This document shows, one piece after another, positions 18,931 through 27,386 of a stretch of DNA of 64,000 nucleotides. Each line of letters opens with the position of its first letter. Within the stretch, counting starts at the first letter, position 1. The DNA comes from Bacilli bacterium (lineage in GTDB: Bacteria; Bacillota_I; Bacilli_A; ML615J-28; CAG-313): contig JAGBDV010000010.1 of the NCBI GenBank assembly GCA_017937305.1, forward strand, positions 5,802 to 69,801. The letters run 5' to 3'. The notes under the pieces were generated by a model that saw only the letters and a list, made by a program, of their open reading frames with translations, searched no databases and was not told the DNA's origin. The position numbers and the translations under genes were made by a program.

Positions 18931-20121
18931 TTAAACCTCTTTATAACTATCATATAATGCTTTAAAACTACTTAATGATCTTTTAATCATTGAAGTATCT
19001 ACACAATATGAAATTCTTATATACCCACTACATCCAAATGAATCACTTGGAACAAGTAATAATTCAAATTTTTTGGCATTTTCACAAAATTTTACTGCAT
19101 CTTTTTCTAATGCTTTAACAAATAAATAAAATGCACCATCAGGTTTTACTACTTCATATCCAATGCTTGATAATTCATGATATAAAATATCTCTATTTGT
19201 TTCATATATACTTAAATCAGATGTATAACCTAAACAATTAGGTATCATATATTGGAATAGTGCTGGAGCACAAACAAAACCTAAACTTCTACCAGCTCCA
19301 CATACTGCAAAATACACTTCTTCTGCGTTAAGACACCTTGGATTAACTAAGATATAACCAATACGTTCTCCAGGTAGACTAAGTGACTTACTAAATGAAT
19401 AACATACAAGTGAATTATCATAGTAATTTGTTACAAACAAATATGGTTTATTATTATATAATAATTCACGATAAGGTTCATCTGAAATTAAATAAATAGG
19501 ATGATGATATTCTATTTCTTTTTCTTTTAATAGCTTGCATAAAGCTTTTAATGATTCTTCATCAATCATAACACCAGTAGGGTTATTAGGGTAATTTATC
19601 AATAAAGCTTTAGTGTTTTTATTTATACATTTTTTAATTTCATCAATATCAGGCATAAATGTTTCTTGATTACTTTCTGTAATCACAAGTTTTGCACCTG
19701 ACTTTTCAATAAATACCTTATATTCAGGAAAGAAAGGTGATATAACTACTATTTCATCACCAGGATTTACTAAAGCATTAAAAGAAATAGTAAGGGATGC
19801 TGCAGCACCAACAGTTAAATAGATTAAATTACTATTTACACTTGTATGATAAGTTTTATTTAAATATTCTGCAATACTTTCTCTTACCTTTAAATCACCA
19901 ACTGCTGAAGTATAGCCGTGTAGCATACATGAATCAGTATTTGTTATTAAATCAATTAGCGTTTCATTAACAATACTTGGAGATGGAACACTAGGATTAC
20001 CTAAACTAAAATCAAAAACTGCATCGTCTCCAATTTCTTGTTTTCTTTTCTTACCATATTCAAATAAATCTCTAATTGCAGAAGGATTTGACCCTAATTG
20101 ATACATTTTCTTGTTGTACAT
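18931..20121 (-). CDS. Class I/II PLP aminotransferase (aspartate/aromatic type), first gene of the aro operon
   Basis: PLP-lysine motif YSFSKSLSLPGERIGY, plus NYPNNPTG. Confidence 0.8.
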   Translation of the reverse strand: MYNKKMYQLGSNPSAIRDLFEYGKKRKQEIGDDAVFDFSLGNPSVPSPSIVNETLIDLITNTDSCMLHGYTSAVGDLKVRESIAEYLNKTYHTSVNSNLIYLTVGAAASLTISFNALVNPGDEIVVISPFFPEYKVFIEKSGAKLVITESNQETFMPDIDEIKKCINKNTKALLINYPNNPTGVMIDEESLKALCKLLKEKEIEYHHPIYLISDEPYRELLYNNKPYLFVTNYYDNSLVCYSFSKSLSLPGERIGYILVNPRCLNAEEVYFAVCGAGRSLGFVCAPALFQYMIPNCLGYTSDLSIYETNRDILYHELSSIGYEVVKPDGAFYLFVKALEKDAVKFCENAKKFELLLVPSDSFGCSGYIRISYCVDTSMIKRSLSSFKALYDSYKEV

Positions 20122-20165
20122 AAAATACCTCTACTAATGCTTATTTTTAAGCCTATTATTTATTT

Positions 20166-20194
20166 ATTATATCACATCTTTAAAAAGTTTTAAA
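20166..20194 (-). promoter_or_regulatory. Possible extended -10 promoter of the aro operon
   Basis: TTTAAA -17 nt- TGaTATAAT on the minus strand. The -35 is weak. Confidence 0.35.
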
Positions 20195-20233
20195 ATCATA
20201 TAATTTATTTTTTGATTTAATCGTCTTTTTTTC

Positions 20234-20262
20234 TTGAAATTACTTTATTTTTTTGATAAAAT
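20234..20262 (+). promoter_or_regulatory. Sigma-A-type promoter for recU
   Basis: TTGAAA -17 nt- TAAAAT. Confidence 0.5.
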
Positions 20263-20284
20263 TTATTTGTATAAAGGAGGCTCT

Positions 20285-20893
20285 ATGGGGAAATTATTTA
20301 AATATCCAGATGGATCAACAAGAGATATCGAAGAAAAAAAACAAAAGAAATCTAAAAACTTAACAAAAGCAAATTTAGGTAGTGATTTTGAAGATGAGAT
20401 AAACGAAAGTAACGAGTATTATTTAAATAAAAATATTGCAGTAATACATAAAAAACCAACTCCAGTTCAAATTGTTAAAGTTGATTATCCCGCTCGTAAT
20501 AAAGCAAAAATTGTTGAAGCATATTATAAAACACCTTCAACAACTGACTATAATGGAATATATAAAGAAAAGTATATTGATTTTGAAGCAAAATCATGTC
20601 GTGAATTAAACTTTTCTTTTGAGCGTATTTATGAACATCAAATTAAACATTTAGATAGTATCGATAAATTAGGCGGAATTGCTTTTTTAATTATTGAATT
20701 TTCTTCAATTGATGAAGTATATATCCTTCCTTCTAAATTATTAATCGAAAAATATAATGAAAGCTTAAATGGTGGAAGAAAAAGTATTCCTTATGATTTT
20801 ATTAAAGATAATGGAGTATTTGTAAAGCGAGGATTTAATCCTAGACTTTCATATTTAGAAGCTGTTGATAAATATTACTTTAAGAAAAAATAG
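20285..20893 (+). CDS. recU: Holliday-junction resolvase RecU
   Basis: Start re-set to ATG 20285 (RBS AAGGAGG 6 nt upstream). Carries LG..FE..IN.SN.YY, PTP.QIV.VDY, DYNG.Y....IDFEAK, the RecU pattern. Confidence 0.85.
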   Translation: MGKLFKYPDGSTRDIEEKKQKKSKNLTKANLGSDFEDEINESNEYYLNKNIAVIHKKPTPVQIVKVDYPARNKAKIVEAYYKTPSTTDYNGIYKEKYIDFEAKSCRELNFSFERIYEHQIKHLDSIDKLGGIAFLIIEFSSIDEVYILPSKLLIEKYNESLNGGRKSIPYDFIKDNGVFVKRGFNPRLSYLEAVDKYYFKKK

Positions 20894-20912
20894 CCCATAG
20901 GGCTATTTTTTT
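20891..20912 (+). terminator. recU terminator
   Basis: Stem tagccc/gggcta with loop ata, followed by a T7 run. Confidence 0.6.
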
Positions 20913-21540
20913 ATTTTGTACCGAATAATCTATCTCCACAGTCACCAAGGCCTGGAACAATATATCCTTTTTCATTTAATTTTTCATCTTTTGCTGCAAG
21001 GAAAATATCTACATCTGGATGTTGTTTTCTTACTTTGTTAATACCTTCATCAACTCCAACAATCCCCATATAAATGATATTCTTAGCACCTTTTGATTTA
21101 ATAATTTCAATTGCTTTAGCACAGCTACCACCTGTTGCAAGCATTGGGTCAACTACAAATACAGTTGCTTCTGCAATATTTGTTGGGAATTTAGCATAAT
21201 AAAGTTCAGGTTGTAAAGTCTCTTCATTACGAGCTAAACCGATATAACCAACTTTAGATTGAGGAATTAATCTTTGAATACCTTCAACCATACCAAGGCC
21301 AGCACGAAGAATTGGAACAATAACAATATCACCATCAATCATTGTTGTTTTTGAAACAGCGATAGGAGTTTGAACTTCTACTTCTTTTACTGGTAAATCT
21401 CTTGTTGCTTCGTAAGCCATTAAATTTGCAATTTCACTAACAGTTTCTCTAAAATCTTTTGTGTTAGTTTTTTCATTTCTAATAATAGCTAATTTATGAG
21501 TCATCAATGGATGATTAAAAACTACTACTTTTCCACTCAT
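20911..21540 (-). CDS. upp: Uracil phosphoribosyltransferase
   Basis: Carries HPL..HKL...R, ILRAGLGM, and the PRPP motif [11 protein letters not shown]. Confidence 0.95.
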   Translation of the reverse strand: MSGKVVVFNHPLMTHKLAIIRNEKTNTKDFRETVSEIANLMAYEATRDLPVKEVEVQTPIAVSKTTMIDGDIVIVPILRAGLGMVEGIQRLIPQSKVGYIGLARNEETLQPELYYAKFPTNIAEATVFVVDPMLATGGSCAKAIEIIKSKGAKNIIYMGIVGVDEGINKVRKQHPDVDIFLAAKDEKLNEKGYIVPGLGDCGDRLFGTK

Positions 21541-21560
21541 ATTAATCTCTCTTTCTAATT

Positions 21561-22598
21561 TTATAATAGTTCACGAATTTGTTTTTCAACTTCTCCTGCA
21601 AGGTTAGGATTATTTCTTAATAATTCTTTAACATTTTCTCTACCTTGTCCTAAGCGTTCGCCCTTATAAGAGAACCAAGCACCACTTTTATCAATAATAT
21701 CATATTTAACTGCAAGATCTAAAAGTTCTCCTTCTTTAGAAATACCTTTACCATAGATTAAATCTACTTCAGCAGTTCTAAATGGAGGTGCAACTTTATT
21801 CTTAACAATCTTAATTCTTGTTAAATTACCAATTGCTTCAGTTCCATCTTTAATTTGGTCAACACGTCTTATATCAAGTCTAATAGTTGAATAGAATTTT
21901 AATGCACGTCCACCTGAAGTAGTTTCAGGACTACCAAATAATACACCAACTTTTTCACGAATTTGATTAATAAAGATTGCAATAGTTTTACTCTTATTAA
22001 TGACACCAGCAAGTTTACGCATTGCTTGAGACATAAGTCTTGCTTGAAGACCAACATGACTAGCTCCCATATCTCCTTCAATTTCTGCTTTTGGAACAAG
22101 AGCAGCAACAGAGTCAATTACAATAATAGAAATAACATTACTTCTAACTAATGCTTCAACAATTTCTAAAGCTTGTTCCCCATCATCAGGTTGAGAAACA
22201 ATTAAATTATCAATATCAACACCTAAAGATTTTGCATAAGCAGGATCAAGAGCATGTTCTGCATCAACAAATGCAGCGTATCCGCCAAGTTTTTGAGCTT
22301 CAGCAATTGCATGTAATGCAAATGTAGTTTTACCACTTGATTCAGGACCAAAGATTTCAATAATTCTTCCCTTAGGATAACCACCTACACCCATTGCGGC
22401 ATCAAGAGTAATTGAACCAGAAGGAATAACTTCTACTTTTTCATCTACTACATCACCAAGACGCATTACAGAACCTTTTCCATAAGTTTTTTCAATTGAT
22501 TTAAAAGTCTCAGCTAATGCTTTTTCTCTTTCATCTTTTTTTCCATTTTGTTCTACTTCATCAATTTGAAGTTGTTTAGCACTTTTACGTTCAGCCAT
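21561..22598 (-). CDS. recA: Recombinase RecA
   Basis: Carries [36 protein letters not shown]. Confidence 0.97.
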   Translation of the reverse strand: MAERKSAKQLQIDEVEQNGKKDEREKALAETFKSIEKTYGKGSVMRLGDVVDEKVEVIPSGSITLDAAMGVGGYPKGRIIEIFGPESSGKTTFALHAIAEAQKLGGYAAFVDAEHALDPAYAKSLGVDIDNLIVSQPDDGEQALEIVEALVRSNVISIIVIDSVAALVPKAEIEGDMGASHVGLQARLMSQAMRKLAGVINKSKTIAIFINQIREKVGVLFGSPETTSGGRALKFYSTIRLDIRRVDQIKDGTEAIGNLTRIKIVKNKVAPPFRTAEVDLIYGKGISKEGELLDLAVKYDIIDKSGAWFSYKGERLGQGRENVKELLRNNPNLAGEVEKQIRELL

Positions 22599-22614
22599 AT
22601 TTTCTCTCCTTTAA

Positions 22615-23310
22615 TTATTTATGAGATTTATTTTTTTTCTTAACAGAATCATCTTTTAGGTTACCGATGTTTTTAACAATATAATCATAACCACTATAAA
22701 TTGTAATAAATAATGTTGCAATTAATAAAATATAAACAAAGACAACATAGATAGGATTATATGGAACAAGTTCTCCAGTATCAGGGTTTTCTAAAACAGC
22801 ACATCCTGCAAGTAAAACAATTAATGTAATAAATTGTAAAGTAGTTTTAACTTTACCATACCAGCTAGCAGCAATTACTTGCTTTTTACCAGCTGAAACA
22901 AGTCTTATACCTGTAACCATAAATTCTCTTGCAAGAATAACAAGAACCATCCACCATCTAACTAGTAAATCTAATTTTTCACCACCAGATTCAAAATGAT
23001 AAAGGGTAGCATAATAGTTACTTTGATCATAAACAATTATTAATAATGTTACTACTAATAATTTATCTGCAAGTGGATCTAGGAATTTTCCTAAATCTGT
23101 TACTAAGTTATGCTTTCTTGCATATTTTCCATCGAATAAATCAGTTAATGCACCAGCAACTGCAAGCACTAAAATAATTGCGTTAGCTAGTGATAAATGA
23201 TATGCACCATCAAAAACCATTTGGTTTCTTAATGGTTCAATCCAATATACAATCATAATGATTGGTATTAAAATAATTCTAATAAGTGATAGTTTATTTG
23301 GTAAATTCAT
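22615..23310 (-). CDS. pgsA: CDP-diacylglycerol--glycerol-3-phosphate 3-phosphatidyltransferase
   Basis: CDP-alcohol phosphatidyltransferase motif DLFDGKYAR......LGKFLDPLADK. It shows the conserved pgsA-recA order. Confidence 0.85.
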   Translation of the reverse strand: MNLPNKLSLIRIILIPIIMIVYWIEPLRNQMVFDGAYHLSLANAIILVLAVAGALTDLFDGKYARKHNLVTDLGKFLDPLADKLLVVTLLIIVYDQSNYYATLYHFESGGEKLDLLVRWWMVLVILAREFMVTGIRLVSAGKKQVIAASWYGKVKTTLQFITLIVLLAGCAVLENPDTGELVPYNPIYVVFVYILLIATLFITIYSGYDYIVKNIGNLKDDSVKKKNKSHK

Positions 23311-23330
23311 ATTAACACCTCTTTTAGTAT

Positions 23331-23359
23331 ATTATACCAAAAAAACTAATTCTTTGCAA
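23331..23359 (-). promoter_or_regulatory. Sigma-A-type promoter for pgsA-recA-upp
   Basis: TTGCAA -17 nt- TGgTATAAT (extended -10), read on the minus strand. Confidence 0.55.
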
Positions 23360-23412
23360 GAACAATTACTACTTTTATTTAATAAATCTCACATATGTAA
23401 ATTTTATTTTTA

Positions 23413-23466
23413 CACTTATATATTTCGCAAGAAAACTTAAAATTGCTTTTACAAAAATAAAAAAAA
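23413..23466 (-). promoter_or_regulatory. Copy A of a ~52-bp repeated intergenic element (T-tract + TGCGAAATA)
   Basis: Near-identical to 30789-30839, with one 1-nt indel and one extra A. It lies directly after a terminator hairpin (23466-23484). Confidence 0.5.
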
Positions 23467-23489
23467 TCCTAATATTTTTAGGATTATTT

Positions 23490-23747
23490 TTACGATAAAA
23501 AGGAAAATATCTTATCAATTACCTTATCAATAATTTTTTCAAACTTCTTTGCTGCTTTATTCACAATATTATCATTAGGTACTAGCTGCATAGCTTGATA
23601 GTTATTATCTGGTACAACTATTTCATTTTCAAATTCTTCTTTAGTTTCTTCGAATAACTGACTTGCTCCTTTATTAAAAGAACCACCAATCGTAAGACCA
23701 AATAAAAACATAAAACAAATTATAATTAAAACAAATATCTTTTTCAC
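23490..23747 (-). CDS. Small N-terminally anchored protein, translationally coupled to gpr
   Basis: GTG start 2 nt after the gpr stop, with RBS GAGGGGGA inside the gpr 3' end. One N-terminal TM helix. No family recognised. Confidence 0.5.
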   Translation of the reverse strand: MKKIFVLIIICFMFLFGLTIGGSFNKGASQLFEETKEEFENEIVVPDNNYQAMQLVPNDNIVNKAAKKFEKIIDKVIDKIFSFLS

Positions 23748-23748
23748 T

Positions 23749-24789
23749 TTATTCCCCCTCTAAACTTTCATGTAAACATTTATTTATTCCCCACGCAACA
23801 ATCTTAGATAAATCTTCTACTTCTAAATCTATGTCTTTACTTGTTACCATAAGATTATATCCATTTGGAGATAAAACCTCTTCAAATAAATTCTTTTGTT
23901 CATCTTGCGATAATAAACCAATTTTACCTAAAAAATGTTCTTTTAATTCATTTGTTGGTTCTTCAATAGAATCAAATTCAATATCTAGATTACCAGGTGA
24001 TAATTTATTTACTTGTGGTACTAAATCATTATATTCTAAATGCAAATATTTTATTACATAATCAATTGTATTACTCGCAATACAAGCTGCATCAACAACC
24101 GTTGGAATTCCTATTGCAAACACTGGAATTCTCATTGTTCTAAAAGAAATCTCTTTGCGTTTATTTCCTACCCCAGAGCCTGGTTGAATCCCTGTATCAG
24201 TAATTTGTATTGTTTTATTAACCCTCGCAATCGATGATGATGCAAGTGCATCAACTACAATAATATAATCAATATCAATTTTATTTCTAACTGCTTCTAT
24301 AATATCATATGTCTCAATACCTGTTGTTCCCATTACCCCAGGACTAATAGCTGATACAACACTGTACCCATTAGATAGTTCACTATTTACATCTAAATGT
24401 CTTGTAACTACTATATTATCTACAACATATGGACCTACTGCATCAGGAGTAATATTAGCATTACCAAGTCCTACAATTAAAGCTTTTTTTCCTAATAAAT
24501 TTCTACTTTTTAACATTTCTTTTAATACATAGGAAACACTATTTTCTATTTTATTTGAAACTTGATGGTCATGAAAATTATGTTTACTTAAATCAATTGT
24601 ATAATATAGTCCAACTGCTTTACTTAGAATTTCACTAGCAGCAGATGTTACTTCATGCTTTATTATTTCAATATTTTCAATATTAATTTTAGTTTCTTTT
24701 AATCCATTAATTACTTTTGAACTATATAAAGACACACTATCATATGCCAGATCAGTTCGTAATTTAAAGTTATTTTTTTGATTTTCCAT
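23749..24789 (-). CDS. gpr: Germination protease (GPR endopeptidase)
   Basis: Carries RTDLAYD, ITPDAVGP, and SPGVMGTTGIET...VDALA. Start set to ATG 24789 (RBS GAGGTGA). Confidence 0.9.
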   Translation of the reverse strand: MENQKNNFKLRTDLAYDSVSLYSSKVINGLKETKINIENIEIIKHEVTSAASEILSKAVGLYYTIDLSKHNFHDHQVSNKIENSVSYVLKEMLKSRNLLGKKALIVGLGNANITPDAVGPYVVDNIVVTRHLDVNSELSNGYSVVSAISPGVMGTTGIETYDIIEAVRNKIDIDYIIVVDALASSSIARVNKTIQITDTGIQPGSGVGNKRKEISFRTMRIPVFAIGIPTVVDAACIASNTIDYVIKYLHLEYNDLVPQVNKLSPGNLDIEFDSIEEPTNELKEHFLGKIGLLSQDEQKNLFEEVLSPNGYNLMVTSKDIDLEVEDLSKIVAWGINKCLHESLEGE

Positions 24790-24898
24790 ATATATCACCT
24801 CATATTATTTTAGTGCTTTTTTTTATCTTTTATACACTTTTCTTTTTTATTTTAAAAAAATATGATATAATATTTATAACTTAAGGAGGTGTATCAAA

Positions 24899-25864
24899 AT
24901 GGTAGATGAGAATTTATATTTATTCACAGGTACTGCTGAAATATTCATTCAAAATAGAATATCAAGAATAATTTCAAGTTATGATAAACAACAAGTATCA
25001 ATTATAAAATATGATATGGAACAAACATCATTTAGTAGAGTATTAGAAGACGCATGTACACTTCCATTTTTAGAAGATTTAAAAATAATTATTTTAAGAA
25101 ATCCTACTTTTTTAACTACTAAAGGCGATCTTGCAAATGATGCAAAAAACTTCATTAAATATCTAAAAAACCCAGTTGAAACTAGCATCATTATTATTAA
25201 TGCAACAAACATCACTCCAAATCCAGCAAATGAAGTCTACAAAGCACTTAAAAACTATGCTATGATTATTGATTATTCAGACTCAGAAGAAATCGAAATC
25301 AAAGGATGGATAAGTAGAACTTGTGCAGCAAGAAATATCGAAATTAAAGATAGTGCTATTAATTTATTCTTAGAATACATAAATTCAGACCAAGTAAGAA
25401 TGGTAAATGAATTAGATAAAATTATGAACTACGTAAATGATGGTGGGATTATTGATGAACAAGTTGTAAAACTACTTGTAACAAAAGATTTAAGCAAAGA
25501 AATATTTAATCTAATTAAAGCTATTATTGCAAAAGACCTAATAAAAACTAATAAAATTTATCAAACATTAGCCATTCAAACAAAAGACATTGGTGGGGTT
25601 ATCGCAATGATATCAAACTCATTTAAAGACCTACTTACAACTGCAAAGTTACTTAAAGCAGGATACTCCCAACACGATATCTCAAGATTTTATAATGTAT
25701 CTTCATCTAGAGCTTACTACATTGTCAAAGATGCAAAAAACTTTAGAATTGAAGATTTAGAAAATTATATCATTAAAATGGCAGATCTAGACTATAAAAT
25801 TAAGTCAGGAAAAATTGATAAGAACATTGGTATAGAACTTATTTTACTACAATTAAACAACTAA
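24899..25864 (+). CDS. holA: DNA polymerase III delta subunit
   Basis: Length and architecture fit, with a weak but typical N-terminal pattern (LYLFTG.....) and conserved adjacency to rpsT, gpr and comE. RBS AAGGAGG. Confidence 0.8.
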   Translation: MVDENLYLFTGTAEIFIQNRISRIISSYDKQQVSIIKYDMEQTSFSRVLEDACTLPFLEDLKIIILRNPTFLTTKGDLANDAKNFIKYLKNPVETSIIIINATNITPNPANEVYKALKNYAMIIDYSDSEEIEIKGWISRTCAARNIEIKDSAINLFLEYINSDQVRMVNELDKIMNYVNDGGIIDEQVVKLLVTKDLSKEIFNLIKAIIAKDLIKTNKIYQTLAIQTKDIGGVIAMISNSFKDLLTTAKLLKAGYSQHDISRFYNVSSSRAYYIVKDAKNFRIEDLENYIIKMADLDYKIKSGKIDKNIGIELILLQLNN

Positions 25865-25896
25865 ACTACTTATTATTTAATAAGTAGTTTTTTTTA
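25863..25896 (+). terminator. holA terminator
   Basis: 12-bp stem aaactacttatt/aataagtagttt followed by a T-run. Confidence 0.7.
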
Positions 25897-25898
25897 TA

Positions 25899-25933
25899 AA
25901 AAGAAAAAGATCTTTAAGTCTCCTTAAAGATCT
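25899..25933 (-). terminator. rpsT terminator
   Basis: 11-bp stem agatctttaag/cttaaagatct followed by a T-rich run on the minus strand. Confidence 0.6.
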
Positions 25934-25950
25934 AGATTTCTTAAATGTAA

Positions 25951-26214
25951 TTATGCTAATTTATTTAAAGCTTTAGCACAACGAGATTTTTGACGAGCAA
26001 CATATTGTTTGTTATGTACACCCTTGCTTACAGATTTGTCTAATTTCTTACATAAGAATTGATAAGCTTTTGTAGCTTCTTCTTTGTTTCCTGCTTCAAC
26101 ACAAGCTTCGAAAGCTTTCATAGCAGTTTTAACAGATGAATCAAATGAGCTATTTAATTCATTTCTTTTCTTATTTGTAATATCTCGTTTAATTTGTTGT
26201 TTAATGTTTGCCAT
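25951..26214 (-). CDS. rpsT: 30S ribosomal protein S20
   Basis: MANIKQQIKR....K.R, basic and ~87 aa. Start re-set to ATG 26214 (RBS GGAGGTG). Confidence 0.95.
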   Translation of the reverse strand: MANIKQQIKRDITNKKRNELNSSFDSSVKTAMKAFEACVEAGNKEEATKAYQFLCKKLDKSVSKGVHNKQYVARQKSRCAKALNKLA

Positions 26215-26244
26215 TATTTTCACCTCCGAGGAATTCACGCATTT

Positions 26245-26273
26245 ATTATATCATAAAATTAATGTTTTCACAA
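26245..26273 (-). promoter_or_regulatory. Sigma-A-type promoter for rpsT
   Basis: TTGTGA -17 nt- TGaTATAAT. Confidence 0.55.
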
Positions 26274-26299
26274 GTAAAAGCAACTATTTATTTAAAAAT

Positions 26300-26693
26300 T
26301 AATATTACAACCTATTGGATTTGATGTATCTAAATATTCTACATAATCTCAAGACAATCATCTATATACTAGAGGACTATAATATCTTGATTTACAGTAC
26401 TATTTATTACTTTCTTGGTCGTAGTAATACCCTTTATATCTAAATGGATTAATTTCTGCAATGCTACTTAACTCATCTAGATTTAATATATTACCATACG
26501 CATCATAAATGTATTCACCAACAATTATTCCATTAGAGTTTACTATTTTTGAAATTTCACCTGTTAGTGTTCTTATGTAATAATTTGTTTCATTGTTATA
26601 AATAAATCCTAGTAATAAATTACTATCATCATATAAGTATTTTATTGTATATCCATTTGATCCATGGGCTATTAATCATTTATAAAAATTATT
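26300..26693 (-). pseudogene. Orphan RHS/YD-repeat core-end fragment (copy 1), decayed
   Basis: Minus-strand translation: ...HGSNGYTIKYLYDDSNLLLGFIYNNETNYYIRTLTGEISKIVNSNGIIVGEYIYDAYGNILNLDELSSIAEINPFRYKGYYYDQESNK*YCKSRYYSPLVYR*LS*D... It shows YD repeats and the NPFRY.G.YYD...SRYY.P core end. It carries in-frame TGA (26676), TAG (26400), TGA (26358) and TGA (26349). There is no start codon, and it is 3'-truncated at the rpsT promoter. Confidence 0.6.
26321..26498. repeat. 178-bp direct repeat, copy 1 (~95% identical to 27823-28000)
   Basis: Base-by-base comparison by eye gives about 10 mismatches and no indels. Confidence 0.85.
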
Positions 26694-26727
26694 TTAAGTA
26701 ACTTTTTATTTCAGCCCTCATATAAGA

Positions 26728-27369
26728 TTACTTAAATTTTTGTTTTAATTTTTTAGTTCTTTTTAAAAATAATAGAGTAGGAACTAAAACAAAAAGGATT
26801 ATTACTGGAACAAATTCATATAATGTCTCAGTACTTTCTTCAATTTTAATGATTGTTTCATCTCCCAATCTAACTGAAATATGAGGTTTTTTATTTTCAA
26901 ATACTCTAGCAAACAAATCAGGATTAACATACTGATATTCATAAAGGTTTTTTGTAAATTTTATACCTTCATTACAAGAATCAGCAATATAAAAGCCTGA
27001 ATTAGTATTATTTGATTCAAATGACTCCACACAAAAATTATTTTCATCAATAACAATATGTAAATTTTTTCTAATATCATTAATAACTAAATTTTCGTTT
27101 TTATAATATGCATATATGTTACCACCATTAGTCTCATATTCTATAGATCTAATAAATTTTCCATTAAAATCATATTCGTAAACTTGAAAATTATCATACG
27201 AAATACATAACTTGTTATTTTCTGAAACATCAAAATATATCATTCTTCCATTATTCTCTTCAAAATCTAATGTCACACTAAAATTTGAAACCATTTTACC
27301 AGAAACAATAAATTGAAAAAAAGACAGCAATATTAACATCGGAGCCATTAGCATCCATATCTTTTTCAT
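26728..27369 (-). CDS. Membrane-anchored protein, a candidate immunity protein for the upstream RHS tail
   Basis: Start re-set to ATG 27369 (RBS GGAGGT), 18 nt after the stop of the RHS tail ORF. It has an N-terminal signal/TM and a C-terminal TM plus basic tail (FVPVIILFVLVPTLLFLKRTKKLKQKFK). No family recognised. Confidence 0.5.
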   Translation of the reverse strand: MKKIWMLMAPMLILLSFFQFIVSGKMVSNFSVTLDFEENNGRMIYFDVSENNKLCISYDNFQVYEYDFNGKFIRSIEYETNGGNIYAYYKNENLVINDIRKNLHIVIDENNFCVESFESNNTNSGFYIADSCNEGIKFTKNLYEYQYVNPDLFARVFENKKPHISVRLGDETIIKIEESTETLYEFVPVIILFVLVPTLLFLKRTKKLKQKFK

Positions 27370-27386
27370 TTTATTTACCTCCACAA

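Noticed and set aside
23258-23440. A 60-aa plus-strand ORF spanning the pgsA start and upstream region. The similar 26084-26302 ORF overlaps rpsT.
   Set aside because: These ORFs overlap the 5' ends and promoters of well-supported minus-strand genes. They have no RBS and low-complexity sequence.
24801-24845. A forespore-type (sigma-F/G) promoter upstream of gpr: GTATA -17 nt- CTAAAATA on the minus strand.
   Set aside because: Only the -35-like GTATA fits. The -10 deviates from CATnnTA at two core positions. In such AT-rich DNA this level of match is not convincing without a mapped TSS.
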